Shown: positions 47,465 through 56,797, counted from the first letter of the stretch. The stretch is DNA of 64,000 nucleotides from a virus (IMGVR_UViG_3300025122_000012:12207-76206), one strand, 5' to 3'. Notes: generated by a model not told the origin, from the sequence alone. Made by a program: numbers and translations.

Positions 47465-47600
47465 CTAGTCACCCCGCTTGTCTGCCCACTGGCATTTAAT
47501 AAAAGCTCATGGTAACTAGATAGTTTAGCTGTTCCGCTCCTCCCCTTTTGCGTAACGTGCGTGTCGCATACCATCTTCTACCATAGCCTCACCGATCCCG

Positions 47601-48041
47601 TTACCCTATGCCAGAGGAGCCGGACCAGTTCGAACCACTGGGAGAATTAGCTTTTACCATATTAATGGTGTCGGGGGCGATCCCCGTAAGGCCAGCAATC
47701 ACCGAACAGTTATCAGATCCGCTTAAGAATACCTGTGTTACCTTAATGTCAAATCGCACTGGACCCGAGCCACTAGTTGGCGCGATCTCTAAAAATCGAT
47801 TGCCCTGATCAGCGCACGTTGGCACGCCGGCCACTCCGCCGCTAGAAAAGCCAACTCGAAGGGTGGCGTTGGTACTATCAAGATTTGACACCATCACCCA
47901 GGAGGTAACATTAGGAAAATCAACCTGTGCTATCGCTAATGCGTCAGCCCGACAGCCGATGCTCCCTGTGGCCCACGGTTTACCGCTGACTTGATAAGAG
48001 CCTACATTTTGAAGACCAACGTTATATTTAAAAGCTGCCAT
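47601..48041 (-). CDS. Hypothetical virion protein
   Basis: GLQNVGSYQVSG; late-type motif and SD GGAGA upstream. Confidence 0.65.
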   Translation of the reverse strand: MAAFKYNVGLQNVGSYQVSGKPWATGSIGCRADALAIAQVDFPNVTSWVMVSNLDSTNATLRVGFSSGGVAGVPTCADQGNRFLEIAPTSGSGPVRFDIKVTQVFLSGSDNCSVIAGLTGIAPDTINMVKANSPSGSNWSGSSGIG

Positions 48042-48060
48042 TATAATTCTCTCCGTTCAT

Positions 48061-48067
48061 TAATTAG
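48061..48067 (-). promoter_or_regulatory. Putative late promoter CTAATTA
   Basis: Variant of recurrent motif. Confidence 0.55.
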
Positions 48068-48082
48068 TTGTGACTCAGTGCT

Positions 48083-48304
48083 TTAACGCAACATTTTTTC
48101 TTGTTGGCGCCTTTCCAACTTCTCTCGGGCCCTAATAGCCTTTTTCCGTTTCATCTTTCGGCGCACCGAAGGCTTGATATAATGATTTGTTCTCTGGCGG
48201 TATATTTCTAAAATTTTCTCATTCTTAACTTTTTTAATAAACCTACGAATTAATTTTCCAGACGATTCGTTTCGCCGCAAGTCGACCCGTACATTGGTGG
48301 CCAT
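48083..48304 (-). CDS. rpsU: Ribosomal protein bS21 homolog
   Basis: V..R.NES..KLIRRF.KKV....IL...R....Y.KPS..RK..RKKA pattern; 73 aa, very basic. Confidence 0.85.
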   Translation of the reverse strand: MATNVRVDLRRNESSGKLIRRFIKKVKNEKILEIYRQRTNHYIKPSVRRKMKRKKAIRAREKLERRQQEKMLR

Positions 48305-48316
48305 CAGAAGTATACC

Positions 48317-48760
48317 TTATTTCTTTCTCGCGCTCACATCTTGCATGTGGGCTCCCCAACTATTCCCAACAGAGCCAAATAAATTACTAATATCTACGCC
48401 GGCGTCGCCGGCCTCTACACCGGCAAGAGGGGCCGCGGCTGCAGCGCCCTGGAGCTGCTGCGGTCCTGGCGTTGTTCCTTCAAACAAATCTATGCCATTA
48501 TAGGCCTGCGAGCCTATCGCTTCCATGAGCTTCTTTTTTTGTGCTTTCATTTTAGATCCCTGTTCCGCACTAAATGTGTTGCGCTGCATACGTGCTAGCG
48601 TTGGATCTACAGGGGGAGAAGCCGCTTCGATTTGCGGGGCGGCAATTCCTCTACTTACTTCGCCAATGATCCCCGAAAGAACACCATCTTCAAACATCAC
48701 CTCCTTGATGCATTCTTTAATCAGCGGCTTCAGAATTTGCTTTAACTGTGATTTTTTCAT
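48317..48760 (-). CDS. Hypothetical prohead-module protein
   Basis: N-terminal MKKSQLKQILKPLIKECIKE. Confidence 0.75.
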   Translation of the reverse strand: MKKSQLKQILKPLIKECIKEVMFEDGVLSGIIGEVSRGIAAPQIEAASPPVDPTLARMQRNTFSAEQGSKMKAQKKKLMEAIGSQAYNGIDLFEGTTPGPQQLQGAAAAAPLAGVEAGDAGVDISNLFGSVGNSWGAHMQDVSARKK

Positions 48761-49332
48761 TTAACGCCCGATAATACCTTCCATCGATTGAGTCGACTTT
48801 CTTCTAGAAGAGCTTCTTCGTAATCGCTCACATCGCCAAGGTTCCCAAAGTCTTCCGGCGTCATATCAAACAGGCGTGCGCCTAGGCCTCCTAGGCCCTT
48901 GGTTTTCTTACCCTGTACATCTCCCGTAACGGGTGCGCCGGGGATATCCTGCGACAACCAGCCGCGGCTTACATACTTCTTTCGGCGGCCGTCATCAGTA
49001 GCTTTTCGGCCAGCACGGCGGCCGTCAGCAGCTTCTCGATCGCCGCCTGTGAATTTCTTCCACCAGCCTTTCATCCTGCTTCCAACACCATCGTCAGAAG
49101 GGGAGTCGCCGCGGGTGCGGGGGTGTTCCTCCTCGGCTGGAGATGGCAACTCAATATCGTCGTCGGACGGGGGGATGTGGGCACGACTAGATCTCGGGTC
49201 TGGTTCTCCGGGGACGGTGTCAGACTCTACGCTTGATCTTCGACGACGCGGGCGGGAAACCTCAATTTGCAATTCTTCAGCTACCAGTTGGCGAAGGGCC
49301 TCATATTGCGGTGTAGAAGAAGGTTTAGGCAT
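48757..49332 (-). CDS. Hypothetical disordered protein, candidate internal head protein
   Basis: LRQLVAEEL near N-terminus; C-terminal LLEESRLNRWKVLSGVK. Confidence 0.7.
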   Translation of the reverse strand: MPKPSSTPQYEALRQLVAEELQIEVSRPRRRRSSVESDTVPGEPDPRSSRAHIPPSDDDIELPSPAEEEHPRTRGDSPSDDGVGSRMKGWWKKFTGGDREAADGRRAGRKATDDGRRKKYVSRGWLSQDIPGAPVTGDVQGKKTKGLGGLGARLFDMTPEDFGNLGDVSDYEEALLEESRLNRWKVLSGVK

Positions 49333-49336
49333 ACCA

Positions 49337-49936
49337 CTATTTTCCTATAATATCATCCAAGAGGCCAATGATCTTGTTCTTGCGTTGAATGCTTTCGTTC
49401 ATCAATCTACTTTCTGAGATTCCCATAAAGGCATTAGGGGTCGATGGTTCCGAAACAATATCAAAGCAGATCAATTGAAAGTCATCCTCTACAATCGTCT
49501 TACCCTGCTGCTCGGTCACAGACCCCATTCCGCGAGAGGAGATGCCGATCTTTACACCGGACTCAACAAGGGACCGGAGAATTTGGCCTGAGGGTGTATT
49601 AAGAACCTTCGCTTTGCCCATAACATTCGCCCCGTCCATCCAAACTTCTGTCATCATGTGAGACACATTAGCAAGGTTAATAATAGAAGACTCAGGATGA
49701 TCGAGTTCTCCCAGAGCGCGGTTATCTTCTACGAGGCCCGCATATTTCTTCACTTCACGAGTAAGGATTGGGCCCGGGTAGACGCGTCCGTTACCATTTT
49801 GAACGTCACATTCTTGAAGTTTACCCGTGAGCATCAGGCCCCCCTCACGGACAAAACTCTTCTCCGCTTCTGTCAGAAGATCCTGACAGATGCCGCCTTC
49901 ACATAATTCATAGTACTCGCGGAGAAGCTGGGGCAT
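49337..49936 (-). CDS. Prohead core protease (gp21-like)
   Basis: NGNGRVYP, ALGELDHP, NVSH, GISSRGMGS, FDIVSEPST. Confidence 0.95.
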   Translation of the reverse strand: MPQLLREYYELCEGGICQDLLTEAEKSFVREGGLMLTGKLQECDVQNGNGRVYPGPILTREVKKYAGLVEDNRALGELDHPESSIINLANVSHMMTEVWMDGANVMGKAKVLNTPSGQILRSLVESGVKIGISSRGMGSVTEQQGKTIVEDDFQLICFDIVSEPSTPNAFMGISESRLMNESIQRKNKIIGLLDDIIGK

Positions 49937-49942
49937 TCAGTT

Positions 49943-50590
49943 CTACCTACTCTTCAGGATGTCCGCTATGGTTTCCTGGACAAGTCTCTTGGTTTCGGAG
50001 CGCGAGAGGTCGCTTCGGGCCTCTTGCACAGCGCTTTTCTGGAAGGTGTTTCTTAATTTATCGTTAAGAGCACTGTATATCTTCTGATTTACCTGCGCGA
50101 GTCCATTCTCTTGTAGCCAGGGACCGCCGTCGCCCTGCTCTAAACAGGCTAAGTATCCTACTGCATTCCTCATCAATTCACATACTTCTTCACCCTCTGG
50201 GCACGGAGGGAGGGTCCGGAGTACCTCGCCACATATAGCTGCAGCGGCTTCGCCGCCGCGGGTAGAGCCTCCGCCTCGGCCGAGCTGTAGGGCTGCAGCC
50301 TCGTCCAACTTGTCCACATACTGGGTTATCATTCCTTCCAGATTGCCTCCTGCCACATTTCGAGGAGCTTCATCATCTGGGCGCAGCGCTGCGCCGGCTC
50401 GGGCTTCGGGATCTCTAGATGCAGAAAGAAGGCCCGATTCTAATATGCCCCTTAGCGCTTTCGTGGCGCTCAGCACTATTTGATCAAGCTGCTTAGCTAT
50501 ATTTGCCGACATCCCCTGCTCAAACAATACTGTCTCATGCAAGAAGTATCTTGGGTCTATTCGTTTTACATTTTTTCTATATCGTGCCAT
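49943..50590 (-). CDS. Hypothetical protein with duplicated N-terminal tag
   Basis: Starts MARYRKNVKRIDPRYFLHETV. Confidence 0.75.
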   Translation of the reverse strand: MARYRKNVKRIDPRYFLHETVLFEQGMSANIAKQLDQIVLSATKALRGILESGLLSASRDPEARAGAALRPDDEAPRNVAGGNLEGMITQYVDKLDEAAALQLGRGGGSTRGGEAAAAICGEVLRTLPPCPEGEEVCELMRNAVGYLACLEQGDGGPWLQENGLAQVNQKIYSALNDKLRNTFQKSAVQEARSDLSRSETKRLVQETIADILKSR

Positions 50591-50773
50591 TATCTTATTT
50601 CCTCAGAGTGTGGGGCCCCGGGGCGAGCCTCCTCACAAGTTTGTCCGGGATGCTCTCCCGATTGGTCCTCTTGGCCCCCGCCCATCAGCTGATCGATCTA
50701 CTGTCTCGTGCAAGAAGTATCTTGGATCGATTCTTTTTACATTTTTTCTATATCGTGCCATTATCTTATTCCT
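50528..50773. repeat. About 75-bp direct repeat (50528-50603 and 50699-50773) covering RBS plus 21 codons
   Basis: Four substitutions in the coding part, all synonymous. Confidence 0.92.
50633..50761 (-). CDS. Short tagged ORF (42 aa), possibly a frameshifted paralog
   Basis: MARYRKNVKRIDPRYFLHETVDRSADGRGPRGPIGRASRTNL; the +1 frame runs on to a TAATG overlap with the next start. Confidence 0.55.
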   Translation of the reverse strand: MARYRKNVKRIDPRYFLHETVDRSADGRGPRGPIGRASRTNL

Positions 50774-50807
50774 AAAAAGCTTAACGTGGACACGAGCCCA
50801 CCGATAG

Positions 50808-50858
50808 TCAGCTTCCTTTGCAGCAACGTCGCACTGGTTGAAGTATCCATTTTTGCAT
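50808..50858 (-). CDS. 16-aa micropeptide MQKWILQPVRRCCKGS
   Basis: Perfect SD AGGAGGT 6 nt upstream of ATG; followed by a hairpin. Confidence 0.6.
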   Translation of the reverse strand: MQKWILQPVRRCCKGS

Positions 50859-50869
50859 TTTATTACCTC

Positions 50870-51172
50870 CTAACGATCGTTTTTAATTCCGTTATCATCT
50901 ACCAGCATACTTAAAAAGTACGATGTTCCGGCACTGATGCATCCGCATATAAATGCAGTTACGGGACTATTACTGAATGTAAATAGTTCGGTCCAGGGGT
51001 TAATCCCCCAAAGAAAAAGCCCACTCCAAAATCCCACACAAAGAGGACAATGCAAAAGTGTTCCCCAAAAATGACTTTTTGTAGAAAGAAACCTTACGCG
51101 TTCAAAAATTGATCCGTAAACTATGATGAAAGTTAAGCCGTAAGCAGCAAGAATAAAATGTAATAATTGCAC
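50870..51172 (-). CDS. Small membrane protein, DUF1360-like (start GTG 51172)
   Basis: Hydrophobic segments and LLHCPLCVGFW motif. Confidence 0.7.
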   Translation of the reverse strand: MQLLHFILAAYGLTFIIVYGSIFERVRFLSTKSHFWGTLLHCPLCVGFWSGLFLWGINPWTELFTFSNSPVTAFICGCISAGTSYFLSMLVDDNGIKNDR

Positions 51173-51173
51173 A

Positions 51174-51680
51174 TTAATAACGATATCTGAGCGGGTAGTA
51201 GTAGTACCCGGGACGCATCGCTCCCTTCTCAGCATATTGTGGTACTTCACCGAACTCTGTGGAATCCTGGTCGTCCGGATGGGTATACATATCTTCTAGC
51301 TCTTTCTCGTATTCGTCAGCTACGCGATCAATGTTTGCCTCATGGTCAATAAATTCTGCAATCACATAGACTGCCGCCTGTAGTGAGTTGATTTGTTCGT
51401 TGCTAAATACAACGGCTTCGAGGGAACGAAAAACGTGGCCCCCTTGAATTGTCGATCTGTCGATAACACCTTTGTCGGCCAGCAGTTCTAGCAGACGATT
51501 TTGATAATCGTAAACATCTTCTGTAGCCGTTGTTTTTGGAAAGGTCACCACTTTCATCTTTTCGGGGATGACGGCAATATCAATTTTTTTGTGATCCATG
51601 ATGAGCAGTGAGCCATCAAGCGCCTTGCGGGCATTTAGCTCTACTGTTGCTTGTGGTCCGCCGATCTTGATCCTAATCAT
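51174..51680 (-). CDS. Hypothetical head-module protein
   Basis: Start overlaps the upstream gene end; 168 aa. Confidence 0.7.
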   Translation of the reverse strand: MIRIKIGGPQATVELNARKALDGSLLIMDHKKIDIAVIPEKMKVVTFPKTTATEDVYDYQNRLLELLADKGVIDRSTIQGGHVFRSLEAVVFSNEQINSLQAAVYVIAEFIDHEANIDRVADEYEKELEDMYTHPDDQDSTEFGEVPQYAEKGAMRPGYYYYPLRYRY

Positions 51681-52485
51681 TTTCGGCGAGTTCCCGCACA
51701 AGCTCTTGAGTCTTAAGGAGCTTCGTTAAGTCCGCGCCCTCAAACTCCCTGCGCCGCAGGCTATCAAGATATCCTACAACATCAGTCGATTTCTGACGGA
51801 TAAGGGTATCAGCAGTCTCACTCTCAACGACTTTACTAATTAAGCTCTTCAGCCTTACGATTTCTTCGTTAAGATAGACACGCAATTCGAAACCCTCATC
51901 TGCAAAAGATGTAATATATCTATTTAAGAAATCTTTTTGTTCCTCTAAGAGATTAGTATATTTTTCATTAAACTTGTTAATAAACGAATGATAGGTTATA
52001 TTATCTATGGACTTAAGAGCAGTTTCTTGATGCGATCTTTTTGACGCCATCTGATCTACCAATGCCTGTTCGAACAAAACGCGTTGCTTAACCGGCGACC
52101 CTTTAGTAAAAATAGACTTTATTGAGGCTAAGGTTTTAAAGTTAGGAACGAAATTAGACCAAACATGTTGGCCTAGACTCTTATTTATGGCAGCGATGAC
52201 GCGAGATTGTGCATCAAAAATTGTTTCATCGTCAAGAGCCAATCGTGCTTCCTTTGTTTCCTGAAGTAACCGCTCCGCCACGGTGGCCTGCATATTTTTA
52301 GTTTCGAGGAGCACGCGATATAAACGAAGATCAGCCAGAAGTGGCGCGCCTGTTATAAAATGCTCTTTAAAAATGTCAAGAATCGCGACTTTATTTGCAG
52401 TATCGTTTTGAAGAACCGCCTTGGTAAATTCCTTGACCAGCGCTTCATAAATGAAAGCAGTATTACGTTTCTTATTATGTTTCAT
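51673..52485 (-). CDS. Hypothetical head-module protein
   Basis: MKHNKKRNTAFIYEAL; directly after portal. Confidence 0.75.
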   Translation of the reverse strand: MKHNKKRNTAFIYEALVKEFTKAVLQNDTANKVAILDIFKEHFITGAPLLADLRLYRVLLETKNMQATVAERLLQETKEARLALDDETIFDAQSRVIAAINKSLGQHVWSNFVPNFKTLASIKSIFTKGSPVKQRVLFEQALVDQMASKRSHQETALKSIDNITYHSFINKFNEKYTNLLEEQKDFLNRYITSFADEGFELRVYLNEEIVRLKSLISKVVESETADTLIRQKSTDVVGYLDSLRRREFEGADLTKLLKTQELVRELAEND

Positions 52486-54400
52486 CCTTCTGTGCCCCTT
52501 TTGATTCCAGTTGAGCAATAAGTTTGCGTATATTGGTAGTGTTTTCTAACAACATCATTTCATCCTTAGTATAAATAGATCCGTTATTCTCTTCCAGACT
52601 AACTAACGCCTTAAGATCGGGGACGCCCACTCGCCCAATTGAATGACCTACGCGCCTTTTCTCTGCGCGACCAGTTGGAACTTCGGGTGCTACGAGACTT
52701 CTTAGGTGTCTGCGGGTGGGGCCCGAGCCTCTGCGTCCATCAGGACGTCGAGGTATACGATCTTGTGCCGGGCCCGGGCGATCTTCGCGGCGGGCTGGGG
52801 ACGTGAGGAGAGGGGACTCTTCTTCGCCCCCCTCTTCTTCGCCACCCTCTAGTTCTCCGCCAAGCTCCCCTCCGAGGTCGCCACCAAGCTCCCCTCCGAG
52901 GTCGCCACCGAGGTCGCCACCCATCTCGTCGGCGGCGCCCTGCTCTTGAACTCCTTCAAGGGCCTGCATATATTTCTTATCATAGAAGGATTCGCGCTGG
53001 TTGCGTAGGAATTCCTCGTCCGACATCCCCAGAATATTCTTTGAAATATACCGCTTACTGTATACGCCTTCGGGCACAGCGTTGGCAATATCAAACTTCG
53101 TTCTCATGTATTCTAGTTGTTGCAGCTCGGCCAGACGAGACGGATTATTCAAAGCGAGCTTAAAGCCTATCAAATCTTCGCCGCGGAAACCTAACGTATA
53201 GAGATGAACCACCGAAATTTTCTCCAGTTCTGATATTAAAGCTCTTTGAAGTCGCTGAATGGTGCGGGCAAAACGAATATCTTTTTGTGCTAAAGTTGTC
53301 TTGTCTTCATTGTCTCCATCTAAATTGGTGAGGTAGGACTGTGGAACTTTAAGCGCAGAGAATAGCTTATCGCGCATATATTTTACATCGTCAATGTCGT
53401 CCAACGATTTGGCGCCAGGTAGAGAAACGATGTCTGAGCCAACCCCTCCTCTCATTGGAATGAAATAGTCTTCTTCTAGGGACAATGGGTTGTAGCGCAA
53501 ATCTACACGGCCCGTCTCAGCATTAACTAAAGAGTTTCGTTTTAATTCTGTCTTAACGCGTTCCATATATTGAGGCACGTCTTGCGGCGGGATGTTGCCC
53601 ACATCAATCTTGAAGACTCGGCGCTCCGGGGCGCGTACAACACGATAAGCTATCATCGCATCTTCAATTAAAACGAGTTGACGCCAGATGCGGCGCGCCG
53701 GATCTAGGACGGAGGTTCCATAAGGATTATATTTATCATTTCCCAAAATACGAAAATGTGCTACTTGCCAATCTTCAAAGGTCATTCCCGCACCGTTCCA
53801 CTGGAATTGTACATAGTTAGGATTAGTGGGGTCTTGTCCCTCTAGCCGTTCAATTTCCTGCGCAGGAAGCCCAATAACTGATTTTACCCCCAGATGTTCA
53901 TCAACATCCAAGTAGAGGTAGAAGTCACCAAACTTACACATGGACCTCGCCCAGCCAAAACAATTGAATTCAAGATTAAGTGCATCATAAAAAAGAGTTT
54001 CTAGAATAGTTTTAATTTCGAGATTCCGGCAATCAACTGTCAGTAATTTATCAAATTCATTAGAGGTCGTCATTTCATCAGCATAAATATCAACGGCTGA
54101 TGCTATCTCGGGCATATACTCCATTTGGTCAAAATCTTGATAGCGCTCGCCGCGATTTTGGTTTCGCATTGCGTGCGATGAAAGAATATTATAATTCTGA
54201 GACAGGTTGTCTGTTGCGCGCTTGAACTCTTGGCCGCTCATTGAGCGGAATCGATAGCGATATTTATCTAGATCATTGCGTCTTTCCTGGCGCGCAATTT
54301 GTGCTCGATAATTTACAAGAGGTCCTGAGAATATTCGAGTCAGCCTCTTAAAGAGAGGAGACGCGGGATTTCGTGGATTACTTCCTTGTCGTCGTGCCAT
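52475..54400 (-). CDS. Portal protein (gp20-like)
   Basis: PEIASAVDIYADE, EDAMIAYRVVRAPERRVFKIDVGN, EDYFIP, LPG. Confidence 0.96.
   Translation of the reverse strand: MARRQGSNPRNPASPLFKRLTRIFSGPLVNYRAQIARQERRNDLDKYRYRFRSMSGQEFKRATDNLSQNYNILSSHAMRNQNRGERYQDFDQMEYMPEIASAVDIYADEMTTSNEFDKLLTVDCRNLEIKTILETLFYDALNLEFNCFGWARSMCKFGDFYLYLDVDEHLGVKSVIGLPAQEIERLEGQDPTNPNYVQFQWNGAGMTFEDWQVAHFRILGNDKYNPYGTSVLDPARRIWRQLVLIEDAMIAYRVVRAPERRVFKIDVGNIPPQDVPQYMERVKTELKRNSLVNAETGRVDLRYNPLSLEEDYFIPMRGGVGSDIVSLPGAKSLDDIDDVKYMRDKLFSALKVPQSYLTNLDGDNEDKTTLAQKDIRFARTIQRLQRALISELEKISVVHLYTLGFRGEDLIGFKLALNNPSRLAELQQLEYMRTKFDIANAVPEGVYSKRYISKNILGMSDEEFLRNQRESFYDKKYMQALEGVQEQGAADEMGGDLGGDLGGELGGDLGGELGGELEGGEEEGGEEESPLLTSPARREDRPGPAQDRIPRRPDGRRGSGPTRRHLRSLVAPEVPTGRAEKRRVGHSIGRVGVPDLKALVSLEENNGSIYTKDEMMLLENTTNIRKLIAQLESKGAQKDET
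52860..52921. repeat. GG(D/E)L coding repeats in the portal tail
   Basis: CCAAGCTCCCCTCCGAGGTCGCCA x2 plus a partial copy. Confidence 0.85.
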
Positions 54401-54403
54401 TCT

Positions 54404-55990
54404 TTACCCTTTTATTAAAGCCAGATATTTTTGATTATGCTCTAGAGCATGACCATTGCGCTGGTTCTCTTTTGTCATTTTATGCTCTCGCATTCCTGGT
54501 ATAGTGGTCGACATAGTCGTGTTGTCTGTGGAGATGGAAGATAAAAATTGCTTACTGTACTCTAATCCCTTTTGGCTCTCAACAATCACTGTATCTCTTA
54601 CCCAACATCCAATCGCAAAGGCCATCACCAAATCATCATTATAGCTACGCATCGCTTCGGGGCGCCCGTTGTGCCAAATAAATGTTTTCATTTCTGAAAG
54701 CAGGCGATTGGAATTTATCTTAATTAGTTTGTTTCTCATAAACTCTTCCATCTTGGCCACAATCAGAGGACGCGTTTTGGAAGAAGTAGTAAAGCCCGGG
54801 ATGGCATTAGACTGCCACTGTGCCGTAACGGGGTCAATATACTGATGGTCTCCTTTTGTAGAATGATATATGTTAGGATACCCCTTATCCAGCAGCTTTT
54901 TAAGTACTGCGTACCCTATATTATTATTTTCTACGACCATCATAGGATTCCCGTATTCCTTCGCGACTCCATAAAGAACCTCAGCAAAGTCATCCGGAGT
55001 GGGCTTTCCTACATACTCGGCCACCACTTCCATACTTTCTAATTCAAAAATATGGAACGCGCTATTGTCTTTCCCATCTCCGCGCGCGACGTCTGCTACA
55101 ATAAGATGAGTCTTTTCCGGATCGTAGCGCTTCCAAATCCAATAATTTCGATCAAAGCCGGTTCTATATTCGGGGACGGCCGCCCTTTCTAAGTACCATT
55201 GCAAATCATCCGGATGGATAACCGTCTCTCCCGACACATTGAAATTACACTCCAGTTCTTGGGCGATCTGTCGCTTTGACATGTTGAGCGTTTCTTTATC
55301 GAACCACGCTTTATTGCGATCGGGATGGACGTCCCACATCAGGGTGGTCATATAAAAATCGTTGGTGCCTGCTTCGGCCTCTACGCAAGTTTGGTGAAAC
55401 CAATTGCCCACTCCATTAGGCGACGAGAGCGCGATGCAGCGGCCACCGGTAGAAAGAGTGGGGTAGAGAGCTGTCCACAGATCCGTAAGTTTTTCAACGT
55501 GCGCTGCCTCATCGACAACCAGTAACGACAAGGCCTCGGATCTACCTACATCACCAGATGTGGAGGCTGCTTTAATTTGTGAGCCATTAGAAAGCTCAAA
55601 AGAAGTGCGATTGTCTACAATAATTTGAGAAATTTGCATCCATTCCGGAAGATTCTTAATTATCGCTTTAACTTTGCGTACCAAGTTGGTGGCAGTTTGA
55701 AGTTTCGTGGCCACAATAAGAATATTTTTATCACGGTGGAAGATCATCAACCACCCAATATAGGCTGCCGTAATAGTAGAGATCCCAAGCTGCCGAGCCT
55801 TAAGAATTACATTAAACCGATAGTCGCTATAGTCTGTTAATAGCTGTTGCTGATAGTCATAGGCTTTAAACGGAATGAGCCCTCTTTGAGGATGAGAAAT
55901 ACGACAATAGTTCATCGTAAAATAGATAGAATTTTTACCTGCTTTTACGACCTCTCTTAGTATCTCCTCTTTGGTAAGGGCATTAGCCAT
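54404..55990 (-). CDS. Terminase large subunit (gp17-like)
   Basis: KARQLGIST, VVDEAA, SSPNG, ADVARG, NDDLVMA. Confidence 0.96.
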   Translation of the reverse strand: MANALTKEEILREVVKAGKNSIYFTMNYCRISHPQRGLIPFKAYDYQQQLLTDYSDYRFNVILKARQLGISTITAAYIGWLMIFHRDKNILIVATKLQTATNLVRKVKAIIKNLPEWMQISQIIVDNRTSFELSNGSQIKAASTSGDVGRSEALSLLVVDEAAHVEKLTDLWTALYPTLSTGGRCIALSSPNGVGNWFHQTCVEAEAGTNDFYMTTLMWDVHPDRNKAWFDKETLNMSKRQIAQELECNFNVSGETVIHPDDLQWYLERAAVPEYRTGFDRNYWIWKRYDPEKTHLIVADVARGDGKDNSAFHIFELESMEVVAEYVGKPTPDDFAEVLYGVAKEYGNPMMVVENNNIGYAVLKKLLDKGYPNIYHSTKGDHQYIDPVTAQWQSNAIPGFTTSSKTRPLIVAKMEEFMRNKLIKINSNRLLSEMKTFIWHNGRPEAMRSYNDDLVMAFAIGCWVRDTVIVESQKGLEYSKQFLSSISTDNTTMSTTIPGMREHKMTKENQRNGHALEHNQKYLALIKG

Positions 55991-55998
55991 ATCACCCC

Positions 55999-56517
55999 TT
56001 AACTACCCTTTCGGGTATCATTAGAGGGGCGCTTCTTACCTGGGCCCAACTCAAGCCAACTCTTAATTGCCTTATCGAGCCGATCTTTATCGGACCCTGC
56101 TTTCACGTCGCCCACATCCTTAAGGCCTCCGATTTTATAATCACACTGAGCCTGTACATCGGTTCGATAGTTGGACATCCGCTGCACGAGGATGTTATGG
56201 TCCCCTTCAAGTGTAAGAGTAAGTGTGTTGCCGGTGATGGCTTTATATTCCTTCTTTAAAAACTTTACGATATCTTTAAGCTTCGAAATAATAGAATCCT
56301 CAAAACCTTTGGCTTTAACGTCTTGAAGGCGTATTTCTGATTGATAAGAGACGCGCAATATAGGACCGATAAACCTAACCTTAAAGCCGTCCATAACACG
56401 ACGGTCTAAGATGGGGTCTCCTTCTTCTCGGTCGAGACCCACTTTAGCTTCGGAGCCGTCGAACGCGTTTGCGGCCGCTTGGTTAATCCCCTGAATGATT
56501 TCATATACTGTTGCCAT
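55999..56517 (-). CDS. Hypothetical protein (start 56517)
   Basis: SD GAGGA before MATVYEII. Confidence 0.7.
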   Translation of the reverse strand: MATVYEIIQGINQAAANAFDGSEAKVGLDREEGDPILDRRVMDGFKVRFIGPILRVSYQSEIRLQDVKAKGFEDSIISKLKDIVKFLKKEYKAITGNTLTLTLEGDHNILVQRMSNYRTDVQAQCDYKIGGLKDVGDVKAGSDKDRLDKAIKSWLELGPGKKRPSNDTRKGS

Positions 56518-56521
56518 TTTT

Positions 56522-56797
56522 TTATTCCTCTGCAGCTGCCCCGAGGGCACTGCTTACAGCTGTCCCCAGAGGACTGCTTAGTGTTGATGTGCTGGCGCCA
56601 CTGGATCCGTCGAGGATATCCTTAAGCGCCTTTTGAACGAGACCGTTGATCACCTCCACCGCTGCCGGGCTTGTCAGCAGGTTTGATAGGTCCAGCTCGC
56701 TTAAAAGAGGATCCTCTTGTGTAGGGTTATCCTCCGCAGAGAGCCCCTCTAGTTCTTCCAAAATAATTTCCTTTAGTTTGGACTTTGTGATTCTCAT
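56522..56797 (-). CDS. Hypothetical protein with N-terminal KxxLKEIIxEEL tag
   Basis: MRITKSKLKEIILEELE. Confidence 0.75.
   Translation of the reverse strand: MRITKSKLKEIILEELEGLSAEDNPTQEDPLLSELDLSNLLTSPAAVEVINGLVQKALKDILDGSSGASTSTLSSPLGTAVSSALGAAAEE

Noticed and set aside
2214-55990. Inteins or introns in dnaE, nrdJ, dnaB, recA or terminase
   Set aside because: Lengths are ordinary and no splicing motifs or interruptions were seen
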